A stretch of 64,000 nt of DNA. Origin: an uncultured delta proteobacterium. GTDB taxonomy: Bacteria > Desulfobacterota > Binatia > UBA9968. Below, piece after piece: positions 19,467 through 30,328 of the stretch. The notes beneath the pieces were generated by a model. It made no database searches, was not told the origin of the DNA, and worked only from the letters and a program-made list of their open reading frames with translations. Where the stretch lies: assembly GCA_963771465.1 (NCBI GenBank), contig CAVYTU010000019.1, positions 96,001-160,000 on the forward strand, written 5' to 3'. The position numbers were made by a program, and so were the translations under genes. Each line of letters opens with the position of its first letter. Position 1 is the first letter of the stretch.

Positions 19467-20468
19467 CTATGGTATCGGCACCTTGCCTAACATCTCATCG
19501 ATAATTTCATCCGGCGAAATATTCTCGGCCTCCGCGCGCACGGTGCGGATCAAACGATGGCGCAGCGCGTCCGGCGCGATCCGCTTGACGTCGGCCGGCA
19601 GCACGTAGTCCCGGCCGGCAAAGAAGGCAGTCGTCCGCGCTAGAGCCAGCAGATGCTGCGCCGCGCGCGGCGAGGCGCCGTGCAGCACCATTTCGCTGAC
19701 CAAGGTCAAGCTCGTCGGCAATCCATTACGGGTCGCCCGCACGATGCGGATGACGTACTCGCGAATCGCGTCGCTGACGTAGGTTTGGCCGATCTCTCGA
19801 CGAATGCGGATCACATCCGCCGGCGTCATGATCGAGTGCACCGTCACCGCGCTCAAGTTACGCGCCAACATCGCCGCTTCGTCGGCGTGGGACGGATAGT
19901 CCACTTTTACTTTTAGAGAAAATCGATCCACCTGCGCTTCCGGGAGGGCGTACACGCCTTCCTGCTCCACCGGGTTTTGCGTCGCCAGAACCCAAAAGGG
20001 TTCTTCCAACGGATAGGTTGTTTCGCCGATCGTCACTTGGCGCTCCTGCATCGCCTCCAAAAGCGCGCTCTGAGTTTTTTGCGTCGCGCGATTGATCTCG
20101 TCGGCGAGTATCAAATTGGCGAAGATCGGCCCCTTCTCGGTGCGAAAAGAGCTCAGCGCCGTATCGAAGATGCGCGTGCCGATGATGTCGGCGGGAAGCA
20201 GATCGGGGGTGAACTGAATGCGCTGAAACTTGGCGCTGATGGTGTTGGCCAGCGTCATCACCGTCAGTGTCTTGGCCAAGCCGGGAACGCCTTCGAGCAA
20301 CACGTGGCCATAACCCGACTTCTCGTCGCCGTCGCGCCGAAACGAATAAGGAATCTCGGAAAATAGACCGATGAGTAAGCGCTGAATCAGCCACTCCTGG
20401 CCGACGATCACCTTGTTGATCTCCTGCGCCACCGCCTGCACGGCATCCGCAGCGCGTTTCTCACTCAT
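19467..20468 (-). CDS. moxR: MoxR family AAA+ ATPase (MxaR-like)
   Basis: GHVLLEGVPGLAKT, RIQFTPDLLPADIIG, LADEINRA, QSALLEAMQERQVT, ATQNPVEQEG, GASPRA. Confidence 0.93.
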   Translation of the reverse strand: MSEKRAADAVQAVAQEINKVIVGQEWLIQRLLIGLFSEIPYSFRRDGDEKSGYGHVLLEGVPGLAKTLTVMTLANTISAKFQRIQFTPDLLPADIIGTRIFDTALSSFRTEKGPIFANLILADEINRATQKTQSALLEAMQERQVTIGETTYPLEEPFWVLATQNPVEQEGVYALPEAQVDRFSLKVKVDYPSHADEAAMLARNLSAVTVHSIMTPADVIRIRREIGQTYVSDAIREYVIRIVRATRNGLPTSLTLVSEMVLHGASPRAAQHLLALARTTAFFAGRDYVLPADVKRIAPDALRHRLIRTVRAEAENISPDEIIDEMLGKVPIP

Positions 20469-20543
20469 TGCTTCGCCAGCATGCACAGACTACTTGACCT
20501 CGCAGAATGATCTGGAGTTCGAATTGAGAGTACTCGTCGCATC

Positions 20544-21545
20544 TCACAATAACAGCGCGACCAGAAACATCCCTACCGCGGCCATCAATACCGCGTGATG
20601 AAAATCCTGATATTCGACGGACTTTCTAAATCCGACAATTTCGCGCTCGCTCAAGACAATTTCGGCGAAGGACTTTTCCAACTCTAGACCGCTGAAAGAG
20701 CGGTAAAATTTGCCGCCGGTGCTCTCGGCGATCCAATGCAAATTGCTCTCATCGAAGCGGCTGATGATCCGGTTGCCCTTGTCGTCTTCGAGATAGATCG
20801 GCCGGTCCTTCTCATAGCCGACCGGTATCGGCGCGCCGTCGCGCGAACCGACGCCGATGGTATGAACTTTTATGCCCTGCTCTTTGACCTCGGCGACCGC
20901 CGCATTGAGCTCATTGCCGTTGTCCTCGCCGTCCGAAAGCAAAATGAAAACCTTTTTGTGGCGCGCCGTTTCCGGCAGGATTTCAGTTTCTTTCTTGACC
21001 ACGGTTAGACCGTTTCTCAGCCCGCGGCCGATATTGGTGCCGTGATTGATCGTTGCGTCGTCTTTTAAATAGTCGATGTAGTAGTGAATATTATTGGCGT
21101 CCTCGGTTAGGTACGAAACGACTATGCTGTTGCCGGCAAAAGAGACCAGACCGATGCGGTCTTGTGCCAACTTGGTGCGCACGAACGAACCCATCACGTC
21201 TAACGCGCGCGCCAAGCGCGACGGCTGAATATCGCCGGCGCGCATCGACGGCGAGGTATCGAGCAAAAAAACCAAATCCATGATGCCGGGCTGGGGAATC
21301 TTTCGCTCTTGAATCCACTGCGGATGAGCCAGCGCGACAATGATCGCGGTCATCACCAAGTTCAATAATAAGCAGCGTAAGAAATCCTTGCGCACGGACG
21401 CGACGTGGGAGATGCGCGTGAGCGCGCGGCCGACGCCCAAGATTTTCCGCGTGCGCCGTTTGGTATAGATAAAGTAGAGCCAACACGGCAACAGCGCGAG
21501 CAGCAGAAAAAACCACTTGAAATAGTCAGGGTAGAGAAATTTCAT
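20544..21545 (-). CDS. Membrane-anchored VWA protein (BatB/MxaL-like)
   Basis: MIDAS DTSPSM, DIQPSRL, DRIGLVSFAG, LLSDGED, IGVGSRDGAPIP. Confidence 0.88.
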   Translation of the reverse strand: MKFLYPDYFKWFFLLLALLPCWLYFIYTKRRTRKILGVGRALTRISHVASVRKDFLRCLLLNLVMTAIIVALAHPQWIQERKIPQPGIMDLVFLLDTSPSMRAGDIQPSRLARALDVMGSFVRTKLAQDRIGLVSFAGNSIVVSYLTEDANNIHYYIDYLKDDATINHGTNIGRGLRNGLTVVKKETEILPETARHKKVFILLSDGEDNGNELNAAVAEVKEQGIKVHTIGVGSRDGAPIPVGYEKDRPIYLEDDKGNRIISRFDESNLHWIAESTGGKFYRSFSGLELEKSFAEIVLSEREIVGFRKSVEYQDFHHAVLMAAVGMFLVALLL

Positions 21546-21559
21546 CGCCAACAAGCCAT

Positions 21560-22177
21560 CTAGCCGCGCTTCTCAGGTGCCATCTGCTGTTGCGATGGGT
21601 CTTGGGGACGCATTTTTTCGATCAGGGTTTTGACTTTTTGCTGCTGCTTTTCCTGACTGCGATCTTGCTTCGCAAAAATCGCGCGAACCAACTCGTAGTC
21701 GAACTTTAGATCCCAATCGTCGGGCTTCGCCGCCAGTCCTTTCTGATATTCGGACAATGCCCCTTTGAGCGCAGCCAACGACGCCTCCGGGTTTTTGCTC
21801 TCGGTGGCTTGACGGAACAACAGATTGCCCATCCAGAACGCGTAATCGCTGCTTTCGGCCAACTCCGGTAGATTAGCCGGCGATTGTTCAAGTTTTTCCA
21901 CGGCCGCTTGATTTTGTTTCTGGTGATAGAGAATCGCTACCTGGTTGAGATTGACCTGGGTGTATTCTTCCTTGAACAGCCTTGCCAACCAAGGCAGTTT
22001 TTGAAATGGCATCTCGGCGCGGCGATAGGACTCCAGCGCTGCCGTGCTATCGCCCTGCTGAAACGCATTTTGAGCGGCCTCGAACTGCCGTGTCATCCAG
22101 CCGTAACCCAACAGTCCCAGAGAGAGCAGCAGCAACAACAGATAACCGGCGGTAATAAGATATTTTCGAATCGGCAT
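21560..22177 (-). CDS. TPR-like membrane-anchored protein (MxaK/BatC-like)
   Basis: N-terminal TM helix; GNLLFRQA...YQKGLAAKPDDWDLKFDYEL; Q-rich tail. Confidence 0.65.
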   Translation of the reverse strand: MPIRKYLITAGYLLLLLLSLGLLGYGWMTRQFEAAQNAFQQGDSTAALESYRRAEMPFQKLPWLARLFKEEYTQVNLNQVAILYHQKQNQAAVEKLEQSPANLPELAESSDYAFWMGNLLFRQATESKNPEASLAALKGALSEYQKGLAAKPDDWDLKFDYELVRAIFAKQDRSQEKQQQKVKTLIEKMRPQDPSQQQMAPEKRG

Positions 22178-22181
22178 TGTT

Positions 22182-22580
22182 TCACTTGCTCTCAGTGGGA
22201 AACTTGCGCTGTGCCCAGGCAGAGAAGCCATTTTCCAGCACCGCGACGTTGCGATAGCCTTTGCCGCGCAGCATCAAGTAGGAATACGACTCATCGACGC
22301 CGCCGGGCGGACAAGCGCAATAAAGCACCACGCGGCCCGCTTTCGGGATCTCTCCGAGCCGTTTCGCCAACTCGGCGATGGGAATCGACAGCGCGCCCGG
22401 TAAATGCGCCTTTTGGAAATCGCCAGCCGGACGCAGATCGACAAAGATAAACTTCTCGCCGCCCTCGAGCAGCTTCTTAACCCGTTCGGCGGAAATCGGT
22501 TCAATATATTCGTCATCGTGGCCCGCATGCGCTACCATCGGCGCGACCGTCGCGCAGGCCAAAGATCGCCAAGGTGACAA
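22182..22580 (-). CDS. Exported rhodanese-domain protein #1 (true start probably ~22650, with indels in the signal peptide)
   Basis: FVDLRP..F...HLPGALSIP, VVLYCACP, GYRNVAVLENGFSAW; predicted cleavage AHA|GHDDE. Confidence 0.85.
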   Translation of the reverse strand: MSPWRSLACATVAPMVAHAGHDDEYIEPISAERVKKLLEGGEKFIFVDLRPAGDFQKAHLPGALSIPIAELAKRLGEIPKAGRVVLYCACPPGGVDESYSYLMLRGKGYRNVAVLENGFSAWAQRKFPTESK

Positions 22581-22652
22581 TCGCAGGTAAGCGTCTGAAT
22601 CGACGTATGCCCGCGATGCGAGCGCCGAGTCTGATTTGCCGGCCGTACATGA

Positions 22653-24370
22653 TTACTTGAGATTGTCGTAGATAACCTTGCCGCCGACGATCGTCATGAC
22701 GCTGGTGATCTTGCCAATCTCTTCGTCACTGACGGTCAGGTAATCCTTGTCTAGCACCACCATGTCACCCCATTTGCCGATTTCCAAGGTGCCGAGAAGT
22801 TTGTCACGGAGCACGTACTCCGATGCCCAACGGGTCGCCATCAGCAGCGCGGTTTTGCGGTCGATGGCGTTGCGCGCGCCCCAGACTCGGCCATCGGCGT
22901 CTTTGCGGGTAATTAGAGTGCCCAGCCCGGAAAACGGCTTGATCCCAAGATCAGCGTCGTCTTGCTGCCAGGCCACCCGGCCACCGGCATCGAGAATCGA
23001 TTTCACCGGCAACACCCAACGGTGCGCCGCCTCCTCGCCGTAATCGCGCATCACTTGATTGGTGCGCAGGAGATATTTCGGCGCGCAGCTCCAGGTAATG
23101 TTGAGTTTCTTGGCGCGCTCGATCTGATCCGGCCGCGGGTTCATGGTGCAATGATCGATGGCGTGGTTCTTGGAGCGGATTTGATCCAACGTCAGCCCGC
23201 TTCCGCGCTGGCTTTCTCGATAATGTCCATCAGCACGTCGGTGGCTTTATCGCCGGCACTATGAGTTCCAGCGATCCGAACGCCCGCCTTGACGGCCGCC
23301 CAAGCGGCACGCCCACGCACGTTATCGGTAGTCAGCCGGCAATCCTCGCGCGCTTTAATTTTGGGATCCGGCGACAGCGTCGTGCACACGCCTGGATAGG
23401 AAGAATCCGTCGAGCCGGACGAAATGCCGATCAGCCAGAACCGCTCGGTGCCGTGGCCGATCAGATTGCCAAAGCGATTGACGAAACTCTCGCCATAAAT
23501 GTTATCGCGATAACCGGCCTCATTGGTGTAAGCGAGCCGGATCGGCATCATGCCTTTTTGATCCATGTAATGAAACGCCGAGATCGCTTCCGAACCCAAA
23601 GACGAAGACCAGGTCGTGACTCCGGCGGCGCCCCACATCTCCAATTCCTTCAAATAGATCGGCGCGAGATCTTCCGGCTTGGGCTTGGGAATAATCTCTT
23701 CGTAGAATATGAGACTGACGCCGGCGCCGATGCGGCCGGTAAATTCTCCCTGTTGGTTTTTCGGAATCTCGAGCTGCGCTGGATCGTAGCGCTTGAGCAG
23801 CTGCTCCAACGCTTTGCTGTTGGCCATCGCTTTGGTGTCGGTGACATGAACCATGGTCGGATTGTTCGGCGTAAACTTGTCCAAGTCGAAGCGTGTCTTG
23901 TTGTTGACGAAACCATCGGCGACGCTGCGCGGGCGGATGCGCGTGATCAGCCACTCGCCGGGTTTCTTTTTCTTGGCTGCTTCGGCCAAACGCTCAAGCA
24001 TTTCCTCTTCGGTGCGCCCTTCGATCTTCACTTCTAACAAATCTGGGTTCATCGTCGGCGCATGGCGGTCGAGGCCGTACTCATGCAAGTGGGAATGAGT
24101 ATCGATAAGGCCGGGAATCACCGCGCGACCGCGCAAATCGATGCGCCGGGTCGCTGGGCCGGCGAGCGCCAGCACTTCCGCATTGCGCCCGACTTTGAGA
24201 ATCTTGCCGTCGCGCACGGCGATCGCCTGCGCCAGACTGAAATTCGCATCCACCGTGATGATCTTACCGTTGTGCAGCACCAAGTCGGCATAACGAATCA
24301 CTTCGGCGGGCAGAGCCTGCGCCCAAGCGTGTCCGCCGCCCAGCGCGAAATATAGGGCGATCACGCGCAT
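22653..24370 (-). CDS. Exported amidohydrolase_3 (YtcJ/NfdA-like) paralog 1, one apparent frameshift ~23195
   Basis: PGLIDTHSH, THSAGD, DHCTMNPRPDQ, SCAPKY, GTLEIGKWGDMVVLD; adding one G in GCGGGCTG joins the two ORFs. Confidence 0.85.
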
Positions 24371-24428
24371 GAAAATCTTTCTTTCGCGTTGTCAGAGTGA
24401 ATCGCATCGCTATCTCTCCCTCTTAGCT

Positions 24429-25505
24429 TTATTCACCAACCCGCGGCAGCCCCCAAGCATCCACCGCGATCCGTTTCATTAAATCGTCTTCCCGGTCACG
24501 GCAACCGACGCCACAGATCGAAACGTTCGCGCCCGTCGCTAGTTTATGCGCCAACGTCTTTGGCACCAGAAACGACGCCCGGCCGGGATCCACCGCATCC
24601 AATACCTCCTGACCTTCCTGTGATGCGAGAAATTCAATCCACAACAGCGCCGCATGGCGATTTGGCGCGCGGGCGAAAACCGCGGTCGGCTCGTGGAAGG
24701 CCGCCGGCAAAGGATTGGCCACCAGCCGCTTGATCGGCGCGCTGGGATTGTCCCTGACAAAACGTTCCAACGCGTGCAAATAGACACCGCACATGAACGA
24801 GAATTCGCCGGCGGCGAGTCGGGTCAACCCTTGAGTGCTGCCGCGCACCACGATGGGATTATTTTGCTTGAGCTTGCGCGCGTAGTCCAAAAGTTTGTCC
24901 TGTCCCCAACGAGCGGCCAGCGACGCCAGCACATTGGGTTTGCTGTCGACGGTGAATTTGCCGTTCCATTTGGCATCGAGACAGCTCTCCCAGCCGGACG
25001 GCAGAGAATCGGCGCCAACTCGATTGGCATTGTAAGCCATGATGCCGATGATGCTGCCGCTCCACACCACTACGCCGGAATCATCGATCATTTCCTGGGG
25101 AATGTTTAGCTGCCCATTTTGGACAATTTTTTTGTAGTCGTACTGGCGAAACAAGTTATTCGAAAAGTATTGGCTCCAGACATTGGGTGCCGGCCGAAAC
25201 GCGTCCACCACCGTCTTGCCTTCGATCAATTCGCCCAACTGCTTTCGAAAGTCGGCCGGTTTGGACCAAACGACATCGTTAATGAACGGGTATTTCTTCT
25301 TGAACGCTTCGATCAGATGGGGCGTCGTGCTCTCCTCAAATCCCGGAGAAACGATCAGCTTGCCTTCTTTCCGCGCGCCTTCGAGAATATGCCCCCTGGT
25401 TTCGTAGATCAGTTCGGGCGCGCTTTGTGAGAATGCGCGCGAGCAAAATGGCCAAGCTGCCAGAGCAAAAATAATCAAGCCAAGCACGCTCTTATTTCTG
25501 TTCAT
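24429..25505 (-). CDS. ABC solute-binding protein (Fe3+/thiamine-like family)
   Basis: Signal peptide, GARKEGKL, MAYNANRV, APNRHAALLWIEFLASQEGQ, C-terminal AWGLPR. Confidence 0.8.
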   Translation of the reverse strand: MNRNKSVLGLIIFALAAWPFCSRAFSQSAPELIYETRGHILEGARKEGKLIVSPGFEESTTPHLIEAFKKKYPFINDVVWSKPADFRKQLGELIEGKTVVDAFRPAPNVWSQYFSNNLFRQYDYKKIVQNGQLNIPQEMIDDSGVVVWSGSIIGIMAYNANRVGADSLPSGWESCLDAKWNGKFTVDSKPNVLASLAARWGQDKLLDYARKLKQNNPIVVRGSTQGLTRLAAGEFSFMCGVYLHALERFVRDNPSAPIKRLVANPLPAAFHEPTAVFARAPNRHAALLWIEFLASQEGQEVLDAVDPGRASFLVPKTLAHKLATGANVSICGVGCRDREDDLMKRIAVDAWGLPRVGE

Positions 25506-25655
25506 GTCATGTTCTCCAGCAGAAAACAGCGGCCCAATCTCACTTGGATAACTATTTGCCTTATACTACCGCGCTTCGGCTAGCGTCAAACGACGTAACC
25601 CAACTTTAATCGACGACATGAATTTCTGTTTGCGTGCTTTGCGGCTAATTCATTT

Positions 25656-27711
25656 CTAGTGCACGTGGTCATCGGGCGCCGGCGCGGACGGCGTCTCCTG
25701 GTTCAGTCGATCGACGTCGCGAAAAAGATTATCCAGTTTGTCCCAACCCGGCGCCATCGCGCGGGATCCAGCGCGCGCGCACATAGCCTTGGCGATCGAT
25801 GAGAAACTCCATATGCGGCGGCACCGGCGGGTCGGGCTGGGTGCCCTGCTCGGAAAAACTACGGCGGTAAAGCGCGTAGGCGTCGAACGCTTCACGGCTG
25901 CCGTCGGTAACCAGCGATAGCGACTTGATCTTGGCGTCGAGGCCGCGCACTTCGCTCAACTCTCTCGGTACGAGGAGAACCTTTACGTTCTTGGACTGCA
26001 GTTCACTCGATAATTTTTCCAGCTCGGTGAGCCGCGCTAGCGAATCCGGCAAGGAAAAAAGCACGAGCATGACGACATTGTTGCCGCGATGATCCTTGAG
26101 CGAGTGGTTCTCGTCGTTGACAGTGCGATAAACAAAATCCGGCGCCACCAACCAAGGCTCAGGCTCCACCAGCGCGGACATCTGGCGCGCCCGCTCGGCC
26201 GCCGACAGCGTGCGCAGAAAATTGATCATGTCCCAGCGTTCTTCTTCGTCCAAGCTCGCGCGCGAAACCCGGCATCCGGCTGGCGTGCCGTCTCGTTTGA
26301 ATCCGTAAGTCAGCCACCAGAAGAGATCGCCGGCCGTGTGATCGGCGGAGTGCTTGGCCGTCAAATCCGCCGGTCTGGGTTTGAACCCTTTGCCATTGGG
26401 ACCGTCGCCGTAGCCGCCGACGCCGTGGCAGGTCGCGCACGCTTCTTGGTAAAAATGATCACCATTGGCGACGGAAATAACGTTGTAGGGAACCGAGGGA
26501 CGAAGATAGGTGGTCGGGTAAGCGTCGATGGAAATCGCCGTGTGATAAATCCAACCGCCGTAACCGAGTGTCGCCAAACTGACGCCGAGCAAACGATAAC
26601 GTGGCCGGCGCCGCAGCATAAACGCGCAGGCGAAACCGATAACGCCGGCGCCCACGAGCCACTTGGCGTCGCTCATTTGCGCGCGGAGCTTCGCGCTTAC
26701 GCCAGTGGTGTTCCAATTCCAGCGAAACGCAAACGGCCACTCCGGCTGGACATGGCGCGCCGGCGGCGTGACGCTCATCATGCCGACAACGACTAAAATA
26801 CCTGCGCCAAAAATCGCCTCCCGCGTGACGTTGCGCCGGAGCCGATGCAGCAGTTCGGCAATGTTCGCCGCGGCTTGTGCAACGCCCGACGCGAGAATGC
26901 GCGGTTTGAGTTTAAAAAGATTGACCGCTGCGAGCGCGATCAATGGCACAATCAACGCGAGCTTTGTCAGAAGTAATTGCCCATAACTCGTTCCGAGCAG
27001 GGGCGGCACCGCGCCGACCAGCGTCCAAGCGTTGTATGCGCCGGTTGCGATGAGAATCGTAACGCTGACAAATCCAAGCGCGGAGAAGCGCCGGGTAGCC
27101 GCCTTAAACACGGCTTCATTCCAAGCTGGCACCACGCGGCTCAACCAAAGCAGAAACCATGCGAAGAAGACCAATCCGCCCAGCCACGTGCTGGCTGCAA
27201 GCAAATGCGCCGCTGCGACCGCGAGCTGCACAGCGAGCCAAAGGCCTTCGCCAGCAGCAGCATGACCGGAGAAAACCGGCGCCATCACCAACAATGCCGC
27301 GAATATTAACCCAGCTGCCCGCCAATTAGTGGATTCGCTCCGATCCAAGCGATTGAAGATAACTTCCAAGAACAGCAGCAAGATCATTCGCATCGACCAC
27401 ACCAAGCCGTAGCGGGTGCCGATCAATACTCCGGCCATGACCGTCGGATTCAACGCCGCGGCGAAGGACAAACCGGAGACGGCGACGATTTGCAGCCAGA
27501 ACGCCAACAGGCCGGATAAGAAAACCGCCAGCAGCGCCCAGCGCGCGACGCGCCGCTGGCGGCCGTCGAATGCCGCGAACTCAGGCGATTCTAAACCGCC
27601 GGCGCTGGCCAATGCGGGGCGTGATACCAGGAAGTAAAATGCCAAAGAGCCAAACAGCAGCGCGGTGGAAGCGAGATGAAAAAATCGAATGAGGCCTGAA
27701 GCGGTAATCAC
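25656..27711 (-). CDS. CopD-cytochrome c-thioredoxin-like fusion (copper-resistance D family), with apparent indels
   Basis: CopD motifs (SGHAAA, HLLAASTWLGG, RRFS, TSYGQLLLTK, PPARH), heme motif CATCH, redoxin-like C-terminal domain; an alternate frame ends APAPDDHVH; GTG start inferred. Confidence 0.82.
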
Positions 27712-27826
27712 TGGACTAGATAATTTACATTCGCCCCCGTTTCGTTCTTGCAGCCGCGCCGAGGGCGCCGGAACGCTGGCGCGGCGACAAACTTCGACAC
27801 CAGCGAGAGCTGTTAGTGTGGATGGA

Positions 27827-28276
27827 TCAGTTGGTCTTGGCGCCGCTCGCCACGGGGAATTTGCGCTGCAGCCAGCCTTTGATGCCCTCGGGCATGATCG
27901 CGATATTGCGATAGCCGTGATCATCCTTGAGCACCTGAAAGGCATCCTGAATTAGCGTTGCCTGCGGACAGTCGCAGTAAAGAATCACCCGGCCTGAGCG
28001 TGGAATCGCTTTCAAGTTATTTTCCAGTTCCTTCATCGGAATCGAGCGCGCGCCGGGCAATCGACGCTCTTGAAACTCTTTAGTCGTGCGCAGGTCGATG
28101 ATGACCAAAGCTTCCTTGTTGTCCAAATAGAACTTCACCCGCTCCGGCGTCACCATGTCGACGACATCTTCGGCGTCGTGCGCCGCTTCAATAATCGGGG
28201 CGATGGACAATAGTGCCGCGCCAAGCGCGAGCAACAGAATCCCCAAGCAAACACGATTGCGAATTCGTCCAACCAT
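27827..28276 (-). CDS. Exported rhodanese-domain protein #2
   Basis: IDLRT..F...RLPGARSIP, VILYCDCP, GYRNIAIMPEGIKGW; predicted cleavage IEA|AHDAE. Confidence 0.88.
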   Translation of the reverse strand: MVGRIRNRVCLGILLLALGAALLSIAPIIEAAHDAEDVVDMVTPERVKFYLDNKEALVIIDLRTTKEFQERRLPGARSIPMKELENNLKAIPRSGRVILYCDCPQATLIQDAFQVLKDDHGYRNIAIMPEGIKGWLQRKFPVASGAKTN

Positions 28277-28302
28277 AATCAGAAACTCCCTAAAGGTGCT
28301 GA

Positions 28303-28386
28303 TTCACCACAGGGTCACGAAGGTTTTGTGTAGTGGCGCAGCGCGCTGCGCCACTACTTCGTGCGCTTTGTGTCCTTCGTGGTGAA
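28303..28386. repeat. Palindromic CACGAAG-type repeat with a nested GTAG-type REP-like hairpin
   Basis: ttcaccac...gtggtgaa arms enclosing the perfect palindrome gtagtggcgcagcgcgctgcgccactac. Confidence 0.75.
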
Positions 28387-28413
28387 GCCCTACTCTCTCG
28401 CACCGCGCTGCCG

Positions 28414-30172
28414 TTAGAAATTTGGCGCCTGATGCAAGACCTTGCCGCCGACCATGGTGAGCAGCGACTTGATTTTCCTGATCTCTCTTTCCGGCACCGT
28501 GAAGTAATCATTGTCCAAGATCAGCAGATCGCCGAATTTGCCGCGCTCCAAGGAGCCGAGCAGGTTCTGGCGAAGCACGTACTCCGCCGCCCAGTTGGTC
28601 GACATCTTCATCGCTCGCACCCGGTCGATGCGCTCGCGGCCATTGTACACTTTGCCTTCGACTTCGCGATTGACCAGCACGTCAAGATAGTGAAACACCG
28701 TGCCGACTTTGAAAATCTCGTTGTCATCTACTTCCATCACGGTTTTTACATTGGCGTCAAGCAAACTCTTGATCGGCGCCACCCAGGACAAATATTTTTC
28801 ACCGTAATCGCGCAGCACCCGCGGGCTCTCCTCGATATATTTGGGCGCGCAACTCATCATGATATTGAGCTTTTGCAGCCGTGGAATTTGGTCCGGGCGG
28901 GGATTCATCGTGCAGTGGTCGATGGCATGCCCCTTGGCGCTAATTTGCTCCAGGGAATAGCCGGCCCGCGCGCTGCCTTTTTCAATGGCGTCTAACGTCA
29001 TGTCGAGAGCCTTGTCCCCGGCGGTGTGAGTGCCCGACCAGCGCAAGCCGGACGCAACGGCACTCTCGACGAAATCCTCGAAACCGGTGTTGTGTATCTC
29101 GCGATCCTTGATCTCTTTGGGAATGTCCGGTGGTTGGATGGTGGTAAGAATGCCGGGATAGGAAGCATCGATGCCGCGCATGCTAGCGCCGACAAACCAG
29201 AGATAATCGGTTCCGTAGCCGCTTATCCCGTGCATCTCTGGAACCACCTGCGCCGGCGTGCCGACGCCCGGCGTATAACCGTATCGAATACCGATCTCGC
29301 CGCGTTGATCCAAAAGCTGATAAGCGGCGAGGATCTTGAGCGAACGAATGTTACTCGACCAAGTCGTGACGCCGTAGCTTGCCCAGCGAAGATTTTCTGC
29401 TTTGTAGATTTCCGCGAGTTTCTCCACGGTCGGAATCAAGTGATCCGACAACACCATGCGATTGATGGTATTCGAGGAAAAACCATCCTCGCGCATCAGA
29501 TTCGGTTCCATCGGTCCATGCCAACCGGCGCGAATCAGCTCCTGCGCTTTGCCGTTGGTGATCGACGAAGTCCGCGTCCGCAAATAAACCGGATTATTGG
29601 GCGCGATCTGGTCCATCTCGCTGCGGGTGACCACTTGGCTGCGCATCGCGGCCTGCACGGCATCCATCGGCTTGCCGTCTTTACCGATCGCTTGTCTCGG
29701 CAAGTCCAATGCGATCCACTCGCCAGGCTTGCGCTTCTTCACTTCTTGGCGAATCACGTCAAGAGTTTTTTGTTTCACGTTTTCCCAAGTTTCGTTTTGC
29801 TCGGCGCGCACGCGCAAGCCTCGGCGAGCCTTCGCCGAGCGAATCCATCGCATAATCGAAGAGATGTGAATGGGTATCAATAATCCCCGGCACCACCGTA
29901 CGCCCTTTGGCGTCAATCACCCGGGTCTGCGGTCCGCGCAAGGCAAGAATCTGTTTATTCGTAGCCGCGAGTAAAATTTTGCCATCTCTGACCGCCACCG
30001 CTTCAACAACCGCGCCGGCATTGGCGGAATTACTCTTATCGTCCATCGTGTAGATTTTGCCGTTATGCACGATGACATCCGGATAGCTGACAACCTCCGG
30101 CGGCAAGCTTTGGGACCACGCGGCCGTCGTCACACTGAAGAGCACGAGCAAACTAAAAAACAATCGTTTCAT
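28414..30172 (-). CDS. Exported amidohydrolase_3 paralog 2, one apparent frameshift ~29819
   Basis: MKRLFF signal peptide, PGIIDTHSH, THTAGD, DHCTMNP, SCAPKY, GSLERGKFGD. Confidence 0.85.
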
Positions 30173-30328
30173 GAGATCCTCCCCAACCAATTTTAAGTCG
30201 ATGTTGTTGTTAACGCGCAGTTTCTTGCCGTGTAGCACACACCCAGTCGTTTGAAAAGCCATTGATCGCAAACGAATAGCTTCGCATCGGGCGCAACGAT
30301 GACCACACCCGCGTTAAGCGCAAAAAAA

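Noticed and set aside
23185-23200. TGA in amidohydrolase 1 as selenocysteine or programmed readthrough
   Set aside because: The downstream part is in a different frame; one missing G restores the AGLT motif seen in paralogs
27712-27945. N-terminal extension of the CopD ORF, and similar extensions of ORFs at 5035, 55859, 50284 and 61379
   Set aside because: They overlap upstream genes or lack an RBS; later starts give sensible signal peptides
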